Below, piece after piece: positions 1-9,088 of a stretch of DNA of 64,000 bases. The position numbers were made by a program, and so were the translations under genes. Below the pieces are notes generated by a model. That model saw nothing but the letters and a program-made list of their open reading frames with translations. It was not told the DNA's origin and did no database searches. Source of the stretch: a virus (taxonomy: Duplodnaviria; Caudoviricetes); IMG/VR virus record IMGVR_UViG_2895847146_000001, positions 32,001 to 96,000 of that record. One strand, written 5' to 3'. Every line of letters starts with the position of its first letter. Position 1 is the first letter of the stretch.

Positions 1-1
1 G

Positions 2-253
2 GCCGCCGATCCGGAAGGCGTCGTTTCCATCACGCCCGACAACAACGGCTACTACAAGATGCTCGGCCTCAATGCTGGCCTGCGGCCCAGTGCCCTGAAG
101 AAGGACAGCGAGGATGCTGACCTGGGCGGCGGCATTCAGGGCACCCTCTCGTCGGAGAAGGAAAAAGGCCTGGAAGATTACTTCATGGTGCTCACCGACA
201 GCGTCTATGACCCGGCGGCCACTAAAGCAGCCTTCGAGGCCCTGTACGCCTAA
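2..253 (+). CDS. Phage structural protein, C-terminal part (5'-truncated by window)
   Basis: Frame is open from base 2; lies upstream of the portal in a TAATG-coupled operon. Confidence 0.55.
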   Translation, partial: AADPEGVVSITPDNNGYYKMLGLNAGLRPSALKKDSEDADLGGGIQGTLSSEKEKGLEDYFMVLTDSVYDPAATKAAFEALYA

Positions 254-936
254 TGCAGGGGGTGAGTGAGCAGTGGGCGGAACGGGCTCGTCAGATAAAA
301 CTGGCGGGCCTAAGCCGCACCGACTCGACTGAGCTAGCGGCCGTGCATGCCGGCTTATACCCCATGGCCGAGCCCGTTCGGGTAGGCTGCTACAAGTGCC
401 TGGCCGAAGCCTTCCAAGCCATCCTGCGCGCTGTGCGCACTTTAACCGATTCCCCCAACCCTTCTTTTCCAGCCCCTACGGCCATGAACAAAGTAGATCG
501 CACGTACTCGTTTACCGACCCCAAGCAAACCTACCGCCCGCACAACTCCCCGGTGGTTTTCTCCAATGAGAACCTGACCGACGCCCGGGTGGCGATGATT
601 CTGAAAGGCGACCCGGCTGCCGCCGTGCACTTCAGTATTACCGAGGAAGAAGGCCAGGCCTTTGTCCAGGAGCAGGATGCCGTCTTGCAAGCCCTGGCTC
701 AGAGCCAGCAGCCGACGGGCGACACCGGTACGACCATCACCATCAAGACGGGCGCCAACCCGCTGGCGGACGAGAACAGCGACGACTACAAGGCCGAGTA
801 CGCCAAGCTCGATACGCTGAAGCGCGACGAGTTGGACAACCTGTTTTCGACCGAGGTTGTCGACGGCCAGGACCCCAAGGCCTTCGCCAACAAAGGCGAA
901 CTGATCAAAGCCCTGCTGGCCTACCGCGCCAAGTAA
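253..936 (+). CDS. Hypothetical phage protein
   Basis: 227-aa ORF, translationally coupled (TAATG), followed by a terminator. Confidence 0.6.
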   Translation: MQGVSEQWAERARQIKLAGLSRTDSTELAAVHAGLYPMAEPVRVGCYKCLAEAFQAILRAVRTLTDSPNPSFPAPTAMNKVDRTYSFTDPKQTYRPHNSPVVFSNENLTDARVAMILKGDPAAAVHFSITEEEGQAFVQEQDAVLQALAQSQQPTGDTGTTITIKTGANPLADENSDDYKAEYAKLDTLKRDELDNLFSTEVVDGQDPKAFANKGELIKALLAYRAK

Positions 937-956
937 GCTGCTGTCTCCAATTACTG

Positions 957-994
957 AAAAAGGCCCGCACCGCACTTGCGGGGCGGGCCTTTTT
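957..994 (+). terminator. Rho-independent terminator (bidirectional)
   Basis: AAAAAGGCCCGC...GCGGGCCTTTTT hairpin. Confidence 0.75.
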
Positions 995-1019
995 GCTACC
1001 CTTTCTTCTTTCGCTTGCC

Positions 1020-2309
1020 GTGTCCACTGCTCCAGCTGCTTCTGAATCCAAGCCCCTTACTCCGTTAGCGCAGGCCCAGCGCCAGGTAATCAAGGCCCAG
1101 GTGCCGCTGCGGCCGGACATCATCACGCTGAGCACGCCCACCGACTACCCGAAATGGGGCGATGACAACCTGTATCCGCAGCGCCTGCTCTCGGCCATGG
1201 CCGCCAGTGGTACCGCATCCGTGTGTGCGGAGCGCAAAGCGCAGTTTATCGAAGGCAACGGCTTTATCGATCAGACCTTTTACAAGTCCGTCATTGACCG
1301 GGCCGGCGGCACGCTCGATAGTCTGCTACAGCCTGTAGCCAACAACTCTGCCTACCTGGAAGGCTGGGCCGTGCGCGTAAACATCAACGCCAACGGTTTT
1401 CCCTGCGAAGTGCTGCACCAGCCCAAAGAGCAGGTACGGCCCTATTATCCGGACGCCGATGGCGTGACCCGCTGGTGTGGTTTGGTGCGCAACCCGGCCG
1501 CCATGGCGCGCCGCGGGGCTACCTACGCTAGCCGCTCGGGCTTGCAGAAAGTGCCCGTGTTCAACCCGCGTGAAAAGCCCGAGGAGCGACTGAAGCGGAT
1601 TTCGGAGTGGAAAAACGAGAAGGGCGAACTCGTGGGCCTGAAGGGCTACCCGGGAGAAATCTACTACTGGTTCCAGAAACGAACCGGAGCCTATCTGCAC
1701 CCGCGCCCGCTCATTGATGCGGTGCTGGATGACGTGTATTCGGAGCCAATGCTCAAGCGCAGCCGAGCCGCTGACTTGGATGGCCGCTATTCGGCGCAGG
1801 TAATGATTACCGAGTTCGGCACTGCCAGCCCGCCGCAGGAAGTGCTGGACGCGAACGTGGTGAAGTACGGTGCCTTCGTAGGCCCCGACGGCGGCCGGGT
1901 GCTGGTGCAGTATGCCGACCGGGTAGAAAACAAGCCCGCTGTCGATACGCTTACGGCGCCGGATGCCAGCAAGCGCTACGTGACCGATGAAGAGGCAATC
2001 AAAGGCAACATCCGAGAAGCCATGCAAATGCCGGGTGTACTGCTGGGTCGGGAAATAGCAGGTAAGCTGGGAAGCTGGCAGGAGTTTCAGGATGCCGTGG
2101 CCTACGTGCAGGCCCTAGTGGTCAACTCGGCTCAGCGCAGCATCGAGCGGGGCTTCGAAGCCGTGTTCCGGAATTTTCAGAAAGCGGACGGCACGTTCCC
2201 CTTCCAGCAGCTGCAGGATTTCTCTATTCAAAACCTGACACTGGAGCAAGCCGCGAAGCTAGCCGGCGTGTCGCAACCCGCCTCGACGGATGGAACATCT
2301 ACTGTTTAG
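1020..2309 (+). CDS. Phage portal protein (Bacteroidota type)
   Basis: WGDDNLYPQ motif, C-xx-RK-xx-FIEGNGF, ~430 aa, C-terminal PGVLLG...GKLG; GTG at 1020 is preferred over TTG 993, which lies in the terminator. Confidence 0.75.
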   Translation: MSTAPAASESKPLTPLAQAQRQVIKAQVPLRPDIITLSTPTDYPKWGDDNLYPQRLLSAMAASGTASVCAERKAQFIEGNGFIDQTFYKSVIDRAGGTLDSLLQPVANNSAYLEGWAVRVNINANGFPCEVLHQPKEQVRPYYPDADGVTRWCGLVRNPAAMARRGATYASRSGLQKVPVFNPREKPEERLKRISEWKNEKGELVGLKGYPGEIYYWFQKRTGAYLHPRPLIDAVLDDVYSEPMLKRSRAADLDGRYSAQVMITEFGTASPPQEVLDANVVKYGAFVGPDGGRVLVQYADRVENKPAVDTLTAPDASKRYVTDEEAIKGNIREAMQMPGVLLGREIAGKLGSWQEFQDAVAYVQALVVNSAQRSIERGFEAVFRNFQKADGTFPFQQLQDFSIQNLTLEQAAKLAGVSQPASTDGTSTV

Positions 2310-2802
2310 CCTGGAAGATTTCAAGCCTTACCAGGAACTGCCCGAGAATATGCGGCTGGATCGAATGGCACCCCACATGTACGAGGCGCAGCGGCGGTTG
2401 AAGACTGTGCTTACGGGGCCGTTACTGGCGGAGTTGGCCCGGCGTCACAAGGCCACGGAGTTGACAGAGGACTACCTGGAGCTGCACAGCAAGGCGCTGC
2501 CGGTGCTCGTGCATGCCGCGCTGGCGTACTTCTGGCCCTTCTCCCAAACGACGCTTACGGCAGTGGGCCTGCGGCAAAAGAACAGCCAGTACTCGGATCC
2601 AGTGGACCCACGCACACTGGCTAGCCAGGCCGCAATTTTCGACGGCCGGGCCCTGAGCTACGAGGTGGAGCTGCGCGCTTGGCTCATCGTCCACGCGGCC
2701 AGCTTTGTCGGCTTCTATCCGGATGCCTCGCACTGCGGAGCTCAGCCGGTCCCGAGCCGCATGCCGACGGTGGTGGTACAGGCAATCCGTCGACCCCGCT
2801 AA
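2290..2802 (+). CDS. Putative head-tail adaptor (DUF6712-like)
   Basis: 170-aa helical protein overlapping the portal stop; EAQ...LK.VL...L and T..GL.QKNSQYS patterns. Confidence 0.55.
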   Translation: MEHLLFSLEDFKPYQELPENMRLDRMAPHMYEAQRRLKTVLTGPLLAELARRHKATELTEDYLELHSKALPVLVHAALAYFWPFSQTTLTAVGLRQKNSQYSDPVDPRTLASQAAIFDGRALSYEVELRAWLIVHAASFVGFYPDASHCGAQPVPSRMPTVVVQAIRRPR

Positions 2803-2813
2803 TTCCCTTATCC

Positions 2814-3425
2814 GTGAATCCCGTGCGTCATACCCACACTGAATTCTTTAAGCTTCTGGGCTTCCAGGGCGCACGGGACATGGTGGCTTCTGCTTTCGGG
2901 CTGAAGGCCTATCCCCTACCCTTGCTCAAAATCCAGCTCAGCGGCACATTGTTGGCAGCCGTGGTGGCCTTCTGCGCCAAGTGGATCTGGAGCCCGCCCT
3001 CGGCCATGTTCCTGCTGCTGGCCCTGGACCTACTCAATGCCCGCTACGGCTACCTGGCCGACGTGAAACTACGGGGCGGGCGCTTCCACTGGGATGAGCT
3101 GCAGCGCACGGCCGGCAAGATGCTGGCCACGCTGCTGGTGCTCATGGCCGTCAAGAATGCCATCAACAGCTACGAGTACTACAGCTACGCGGCTGACGTG
3201 GTGTTTGCCTGGCTCTTCACCCATAAGCTGCGCAAGCTGGTGGTCAAGATGGTGGCCCTGAAAGTCGTCGAGGGCGGTCTGCCCAAACTCATTCTGGGCC
3301 TGCTGGCCAGCAAGTTCGGCCCCTACATCGTCGATGCGGTGCAGAAGAAAGAGCCGGCCCCTGAACCTGCTTCCGAATTGGTAGCCGCCGGCGGTACTCC
3401 ACCAGCTGGCCCAACTACTCCTTAA
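2814..3425 (+). CDS. Holin
   Basis: Three to four hydrophobic segments with LLLALDL..G pattern, directly upstream of the endolysin; GTG start at 2814. Confidence 0.7.
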   Translation: MNPVRHTHTEFFKLLGFQGARDMVASAFGLKAYPLPLLKIQLSGTLLAAVVAFCAKWIWSPPSAMFLLLALDLLNARYGYLADVKLRGGRFHWDELQRTAGKMLATLLVLMAVKNAINSYEYYSYAADVVFAWLFTHKLRKLVVKMVALKVVEGGLPKLILGLLASKFGPYIVDAVQKKEPAPEPASELVAAGGTPPAGPTTP

Positions 3426-3436
3426 CCCTATCGAGC

Positions 3437-3994
3437 ATGCTACTCACCAAACAACTCCTGCTGGCGGCCGTGACCGGCTGCAGCGCGGCCGAAGCCGACA
3501 AGTTCCTCAAACCCCTGAACGACACGCTGGCCCGCTACAACATCAGCACGCCGCTGCGCATCGCCCACTTCCTGGCCCAGATCGGGCACGAGTCCGTGGG
3601 CCTGGATGCCGTCCGGGAATACGCTTCCGGAGCTGCCTACGAGGGGCGCAAGGACCTGGGCAACATCCTGCCCGGCGACGGGGTGCGCTTCCGGGGGCGC
3701 GGCTTGATTCAGATTACTGGTCGGGCCAACTACTACGCCCTAAGCCGGGCTTTCGGCGTGGACTTCGTGGCCAACCCCGTGCTGCTGGAGAGTCCCCAAT
3801 ACGCCGCCCTCTCGGCCGGCTGGTACTGGAAAGGCCGAGGCCTGAACGAGTTGGCCGACGGCAACTTCTTTCTGACCATCACCAAGCGCATCAACGGCGG
3901 TACCAATGGCCTGGCTGATCGAGAGCGCCGCTTCCTGGTAGCCGCCAAAGCGCTGGGTGTGCCCGGTGGCATCGTGCCCAAAGTCACTGCCTAG
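3437..3994 (+). CDS. GH19 (chitinase-like) endolysin
   Basis: HFLAQIGHES, FRGRGLIQITGRANY and ITKRINGGTNGL motifs. Confidence 0.92.
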   Translation: MLLTKQLLLAAVTGCSAAEADKFLKPLNDTLARYNISTPLRIAHFLAQIGHESVGLDAVREYASGAAYEGRKDLGNILPGDGVRFRGRGLIQITGRANYYALSRAFGVDFVANPVLLESPQYAALSAGWYWKGRGLNELADGNFFLTITKRINGGTNGLADRERRFLVAAKALGVPGGIVPKVTA

Positions 3995-4037
3995 CATTTC
4001 ACCACTTTACCAACTCACCTTTTAACCTCTTCCTGCC

Positions 4038-4217
4038 ATGCTGAAGCGTCTGCCTACTATCGTCGTTTTCCTGATTCTCGTGCTCGAGCTGGTGCTGGCC
4101 TGGCAGCTGCGCCTGCCCGAAGGCTGGCCCCGGGCCGTGGCTGCCCTTGTCGTGGTGCTCACCCTGGTGGTGCTCTACCTCGTGACCCACAAGGCCGCCG
4201 GCGAAAAGCTGCTCTGA
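4038..4217 (+). CDS. Small two-TM membrane protein (59 aa, absent from the ORF track)
   Basis: MLKRLPTIVVFLILVLELVLAWQL...AVAALVVVLTLVVLYLVTHK; TGATG-coupled to the next gene. Confidence 0.65.
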   Translation: MLKRLPTIVVFLILVLELVLAWQLRLPEGWPRAVAALVVVLTLVVLYLVTHKAAGEKLL

Positions 4218-4675
4218 TGTTCTGGCTGCTCTACAATCTGTTCGCGCTGGTGGATGGGCTTTGTGATGCGCTGCTCTACGGGCTAAAGGGTGCCGAGTCC
4301 TTCAAGTGGAATGAGCACCAGCCGCTCGTCGCGCGGCGCATCCTGGCCGTGCTGGCTTCCCTGGGTGCCGGTATCGATGCCGTGCTGATCGGAGTTGGCT
4401 CGGTAGAAGGCTGGCCCGTGTGGCTCATCTGGCTACTCTGGGAAGTGGCTGCGGCCGGGCTGAGCTTTTCGCTCTTCCACAACGAGGCCTACAACTTCGG
4501 CCGGGTCTGGATCCGGGAGCAAACCCTGCGCAAGGCCTGGGCCGTGTTCGAATTCAATTACAAATCTGCTACCACGTCCGCCCGCTGGGACTTCGACGGC
4601 ACCCAGCGCTGGGTCATGGCCGGCGGGGCCGTGGTGTGGCTTGGGGTGGGGCTTGTCTTACTTATGAAACTGTAA
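4217..4675 (+). CDS. Membrane protein of the lysis region
   Basis: Several hydrophobic segments, 152 aa. Confidence 0.6.
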   Translation: MFWLLYNLFALVDGLCDALLYGLKGAESFKWNEHQPLVARRILAVLASLGAGIDAVLIGVGSVEGWPVWLIWLLWEVAAAGLSFSLFHNEAYNFGRVWIREQTLRKAWAVFEFNYKSATTSARWDFDGTQRWVMAGGAVVWLGVGLVLLMKL

Positions 4676-4679
4676 CAGT

Positions 4680-5237
4680 ATGCGCTACTTTTTATTCCTC
4701 GCGCTGGCGCTGGCCAGCTGCACTACTACCCGCCACGCTGAGCAACCCGACGTGCTGAGCCTGCTCACGCCCGACATTCTACCACCGACCAGCGAACTGC
4801 CCGACTCGCTGCCCAAGCAGGGCTCTTCACACGCTCCGCCTGACAGGCCTGGGTTTGTCAAGCGGACCGCGGCCAAAGTCGTGGCGGCCGTGAAAGGCTC
4901 GGGGAAGTTCAAGAACAAGGGCACCATCATCTACCAGGTGGGCGCCAGCAACACAGCCAGCTCAGCTACGAAGCCCGGCACCATGGCCACCGGTACCGGC
5001 GCCTCGGCTACCGATGTCAAGAAAGCTGACGGTCCGATACAGGTGGGGCGGGGCAATCAGGCTACCGACAACAGTAAGGCCGGCCAGCGAGGTGGCGCAG
5101 CTGCGACAGGCGAAGGCAGCACCCTCACTGCGCCAACTGCACCGACTACTTGGTGGAAGTGGCTGCTACTCGGACTTGGACTGGGTTTCTTGGCGCCGAA
5201 GGTGGTAATGAAATTCATTCCGTCACTATTCACTTAG
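4680..5237 (+). CDS. Candidate unimolecular spanin (lipoprotein with C-terminal TM)
   Basis: Lipobox LALASC, Gly/Ala/Thr-rich middle, C-terminal WWKWLLLGLGLGFLA; end of lysis cassette. Confidence 0.6.
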   Translation: MRYFLFLALALASCTTTRHAEQPDVLSLLTPDILPPTSELPDSLPKQGSSHAPPDRPGFVKRTAAKVVAAVKGSGKFKNKGTIIYQVGASNTASSATKPGTMATGTGASATDVKKADGPIQVGRGNQATDNSKAGQRGGAAATGEGSTLTAPTAPTTWWKWLLLGLGLGFLAPKVVMKFIPSLFT

Positions 5238-5316
5238 AGCGTTCATAACGAATAATTCACACTGGCTGCAGAAATATTCAACTAAGTTTACTCCTCATTC
5301 ATTTCAGCCAATTTAT

Positions 5317-6216
5317 ATGTCTCAGATTATCTACTCGCGGCTTGGTCGCCATTTTTCTGCCCTTCTGCTAGGAGGTGCGCTCCTCCTTTCATCTTGCTCG
5401 AAAGACCTAGACGTGGTGCCAAGCTCAGCACCAACCCCTGTTGCTCAATCAGGTAACGCGTTGGCCGCCTATGGTGATGTCGTAGCGGGATATCAAGCGT
5501 GGTTCCGGTATGACTCGGGCACACCTTTCTATAGTGTAACACTGCTTTACCCTGAGCTAGCAGAAGATATCCGCCTAGAGTTTTGGCAAGGATCTAACCT
5601 GGTTCTTGTTGCGCATGACGCATATACCTATATCGGTGATGATACCTCGGCTAATTCAGCGCGCTTCTTCCAATTTCACTATACCATCCCGACGCAACTA
5701 GCCCCGGGTACCTATACCCTAATTATCCGGACACAATCGGATGATAAAACGCTCACGGTTCCATACAACCATGATCCTAGTAATTATGTACGTTCACTGT
5801 CGGCCACTGTGAATGTTCTACCCACCCCTGTTGCCACGCGTTTGGGGACCGGCCTTTACCCTAGTACTCAGCCATCTTCGAGTCCTTATTCCCAGACCTT
5901 GAACTGGGACCCCTCTCGGTTCTCGGCTGGTACAGATTACCTTCGAGCATTTGCGAAAAATCAGTCTACCGGTACGTTATATCAACTGACTGATGCGAAT
6001 GAGTACTACCTGCGAGCGACGCCTCCTTATGGAGGCCCCGTTTATTACAGCTATTTTCAGAATACCGGCACAACGGAAGTGACCTTGAACGAGGCGAATC
6101 AGCCTCCGTTTTTGCCCGATGGATATTACTCCTTCTTCATTAATGACTTTGCGTTAAAGACGATTGGTGGATACTCGGCACCGATCGGAACAGGAATTGC
6201 GCCTGAGGTGCCATAG
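5317..6216 (+). CDS. Moron lipoprotein, beta-rich
   Basis: Lipobox LLSSC; lower GC; followed by its own terminator. Confidence 0.7.
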   Translation: MSQIIYSRLGRHFSALLLGGALLLSSCSKDLDVVPSSAPTPVAQSGNALAAYGDVVAGYQAWFRYDSGTPFYSVTLLYPELAEDIRLEFWQGSNLVLVAHDAYTYIGDDTSANSARFFQFHYTIPTQLAPGTYTLIIRTQSDDKTLTVPYNHDPSNYVRSLSATVNVLPTPVATRLGTGLYPSTQPSSSPYSQTLNWDPSRFSAGTDYLRAFAKNQSTGTLYQLTDANEYYLRATPPYGGPVYYSYFQNTGTTEVTLNEANQPPFLPDGYYSFFINDFALKTIGGYSAPIGTGIAPEVP

Positions 6217-6237
6217 AAGAGGCCTCTAGCAACATAT

Positions 6238-6268
6238 AAAAAAGCCCCGTCGTAGGTCGGGGCTTTTT
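6238..6268 (+). terminator. Rho-independent terminator
   Basis: AAAAAAGCCCCG...CGGGGCTTTTT. Confidence 0.75.
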
Positions 6269-6434
6269 CGTTTCTTACCCTCGTGAATAGACGCTTCTCT
6301 ACGTTAGAAAACCTGCTGGACTTTCTGGCTTATCACCCCTGGTTACGGTGGCCGAGGAAAATCTTGAAGTGGGCCTTCCTGGCATTACTTGTTTTCGGAG
6401 TAGGCAAGTACCTGCTCTTAACGTTTCTGGCCTG

Positions 6435-6689
6435 ATGCCTATTTCCCACTACGGCTTCCGCGCACTTCCATTCCCGGAGCAACTAGCTGTCATCTGGGCC
6501 GAGGGCACCTTCCTGGCCACGCGCTGGGAGGAAGAGGATGCCGTGAACCTGTACCACATGGGCACCTTCTTCGCCGAGGTGTTTTATGACCCAGACGAGA
6601 ACAAGATGTTGAGCACACGCACTTTCACGAGTAGGGAGTGCCTATTAGACTATGCTGTATTTATCAAGCTGAATGACTTGGAAACATGA
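6435..6689 (+). CDS. Small hypothetical protein
   Basis: ATG at 6435; F..LP..EQL..IW.EGTFLATR...NLY....FFAEVFY pattern, which I recall from Cytophagales hypotheticals. Confidence 0.65.
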   Translation: MPISHYGFRALPFPEQLAVIWAEGTFLATRWEEEDAVNLYHMGTFFAEVFYDPDENKMLSTRTFTSRECLLDYAVFIKLNDLET

Positions 6690-6740
6690 AAAAGTCCTAG
6701 CCATTTGGTCAGGGCTTTTTTGTAACGTTGTAGTTCCACT

Positions 6741-7595
6741 ATGACAGTTCTTACGTCAATGACAGAAAAAGTAGGTTTAATCAGAAACCCTCTTACAATT
6801 ATTGCGATTTTCGCTGGTATCGCAGAAGTAAGTGGTACTATCGTAGCACCATTGTTAGAGAAGGAAAACCAAAAGATATTCGTATGGTTTTTAATGTTCT
6901 TTCCGACTTTACTTATTGGCTTATTTTTTTATATTTTATACAATAAAAATAAAGTTTTATATGCTCCTTCTGACTTTGCAGATGAAAGACATATAGCCTA
7001 TATTTTTGATAAGGAAGCATCGAAATCTGTTCCAGTAGAAGTGGTTTATGATAGTTCAAGTTCTATTAATGTTAGTGCTTCAGGGCAGATAAATGTTTCT
7101 CAAGAAGGTAATCTTTCTACATCGCTAGGTGAGAATAGTGTTCAAAAAGATAATGTAATACTGGATTATAGTGTTCTCTCTACTTTATATGAAGTTGGAG
7201 GATTTGTAAGACATATGTCAACATTTGGCTACAATTTCGATATATATAACCCGGTTAACAAGGAAGATCATCCATCTATTAACCCTATTATCAACAATAG
7301 AGGATTGTGGATTGGAACTAATGTTCCATTGAATATTGCAAAGCAGGTAATTCAAGAGACTACAAATTATTACCGACACATAGAATACATAGCTTTGGTA
7401 GGTGGCCGCACTACTAATTTTTTGAATAATGATAAGAATAGTCCAAGAAATATGGTATTCGTTGGAGGAGCAACTAAGGCTGCTATTGATATGTATAATC
7501 TAAGACCGATGTCAGCGCAAGATTTAAGCAAAGTGCAAACGTTGACAAGCGTGAGTGAGCTACACTCCTTTTTATTAAGTTTCGTAGTTACATAG
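6741..7595 (+). CDS. AT-rich accessory protein with N-terminal 2-TM domain
   Basis: NPLTIIAIFAGIAEVSG...FPTLL...LYAPSDF membrane module plus a soluble C-terminal domain; much lower GC than the phage core. Confidence 0.7.
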   Translation: MTVLTSMTEKVGLIRNPLTIIAIFAGIAEVSGTIVAPLLEKENQKIFVWFLMFFPTLLIGLFFYILYNKNKVLYAPSDFADERHIAYIFDKEASKSVPVEVVYDSSSSINVSASGQINVSQEGNLSTSLGENSVQKDNVILDYSVLSTLYEVGGFVRHMSTFGYNFDIYNPVNKEDHPSINPIINNRGLWIGTNVPLNIAKQVIQETTNYYRHIEYIALVGGRTTNFLNNDKNSPRNMVFVGGATKAAIDMYNLRPMSAQDLSKVQTLTSVSELHSFLLSFVVT

Positions 7596-7770
7596 ATTGT
7601 TGCTAATAAACTGGCTATGAAGTATGCTAAATGGGTAGATGTCGTATTTATCCATTTTCTCCTTTTTGCTTGTTTCTAACCCGAGATCGTTTCAACCAAT
7701 ATACCCTGACTTACATCTCGGGACATTTCTGTAACGTTGTAATTCTGACCTTCCTCTCAACTTATCCTAT

Positions 7771-8874
7771 ATGTCCGACGAAGAAAACAAGTCTCTAATT
7801 AATGTTAAAGATTTAGCTGGGCTATCAGGACCGCTAACTAAACTGGTAGAAACCATTAACAATGCAGGTGCTCGTGTAAGCGATGCAGTCCAATGCTTAG
7901 CCAACGTGCTTGTTCTAGATAAAAAAAGAGCTGAAAACGAAGCTCACCGCATCCGAACTGTTGGCGCAGCCGAAACTCAGACAACTACTGAGAGGGCGAA
8001 GGCTTATATGGAGTTTATTAATGGGGGACAGGCCCAACTACAGGAAATGAATTTCGACGGAAAAGAGGCCTCTGCTAAGCTCATAGGTATCCCTGCTGAG
8101 GTAAAGAACCTTAAGCAGCGAGTAGAAAATAGAGTGATGTATGAAAACGTCCTGCATCAACTGAATAGGGAGGCTGTTCAGGACTTTGCAGCTCAAGCTC
8201 TAGCTAATGAAGAAGATGTTTCTGAGGAGCCTGTTAACCCAGATTGGACAGCAAGGCTCTTCAATATATCTCAGGAAGTGAGCTCAGAAGAGATGCACGC
8301 TCTATTTGGAAAGATACTTGCGGGTGAAATTAAAAAGCCAGGTTCCTTCTCTCTAAGAACTCTAGAGGTAGTAAGGAATCTTACAAGTAACGAAGCCGCA
8401 CTGCTAAAAAAGGTAGCACCTTTTGTTTGTAATAGTAAAGGAACCGGGGTTCTACTAACAGGGCTAAGTGATTACGATGGCGAGTTTCTATCAAGACAGG
8501 GTATATCGCATTTAGATAAAGTGACTTTAAGCGACGCAGGTTTGCTATCTGCCCATGATACGGTACTTGCTTCCGTTACAGGGCCCTGTCGTTCAGGTCT
8601 CGCTCTTGGTAATATTGCTTTCATCTACGAATTTGATGAAGAAAAGAAATTTACTTTCAAGGGCCTGCCTCTTACTTCAGCGGGCTTTAACCTATTTAAA
8701 CTGATTGTCAAAGACATAGAAGTTAATATTGAAGTTATAGAAGAAATAGGAAAGAAAATGTTCAAGGCTGGTGTAGACAGACTTTCTTATGGTCGTGTTA
8801 TCGGTAGCACTGAGACTGGTATGCTTGTCGAGGACAACCCTACTAATCTCGATTACCTAAAAGAAGTAAGATAA
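7771..8874 (+). CDS. DUF2806-family accessory protein
   Basis: EPVNPDW..RLF...QEVSSEEM..LFGKILAGEIKKPGSFSLRTL signature. Confidence 0.75.
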   Translation: MSDEENKSLINVKDLAGLSGPLTKLVETINNAGARVSDAVQCLANVLVLDKKRAENEAHRIRTVGAAETQTTTERAKAYMEFINGGQAQLQEMNFDGKEASAKLIGIPAEVKNLKQRVENRVMYENVLHQLNREAVQDFAAQALANEEDVSEEPVNPDWTARLFNISQEVSSEEMHALFGKILAGEIKKPGSFSLRTLEVVRNLTSNEAALLKKVAPFVCNSKGTGVLLTGLSDYDGEFLSRQGISHLDKVTLSDAGLLSAHDTVLASVTGPCRSGLALGNIAFIYEFDEEKKFTFKGLPLTSAGFNLFKLIVKDIEVNIEVIEEIGKKMFKAGVDRLSYGRVIGSTETGMLVEDNPTNLDYLKEVR

Positions 8875-9088
8875 TGAGGCGGTGCATATACGTTCTTCTT
8901 TTTTTTGCTTGCTCTTAGTACTTCTACGGTTGCTCAAAAGTACGAGTACAAAGGGCTGCAGAACTTTCCTGGATAGTACTACCCACAAAGTGAGCTATTC
9001 CGGCGTTATCGAAGTGCCAGGCGTTACCCAAGCCAAGCTTCTCACCAAAATCAAAGCCTTGCTACAGGCAATTACCGTTCAGCCGTAG
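8874..9088 (+). pseudogene. Frameshifted, truncated secreted-protein gene (DUF4468-like remnant)
   Basis: Signal-peptide-like start broken at a poly-T run; LDSTTHKVSYSGVIEVPGVTQAKL in another frame; runs into the integrase 3' end. Confidence 0.5.
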
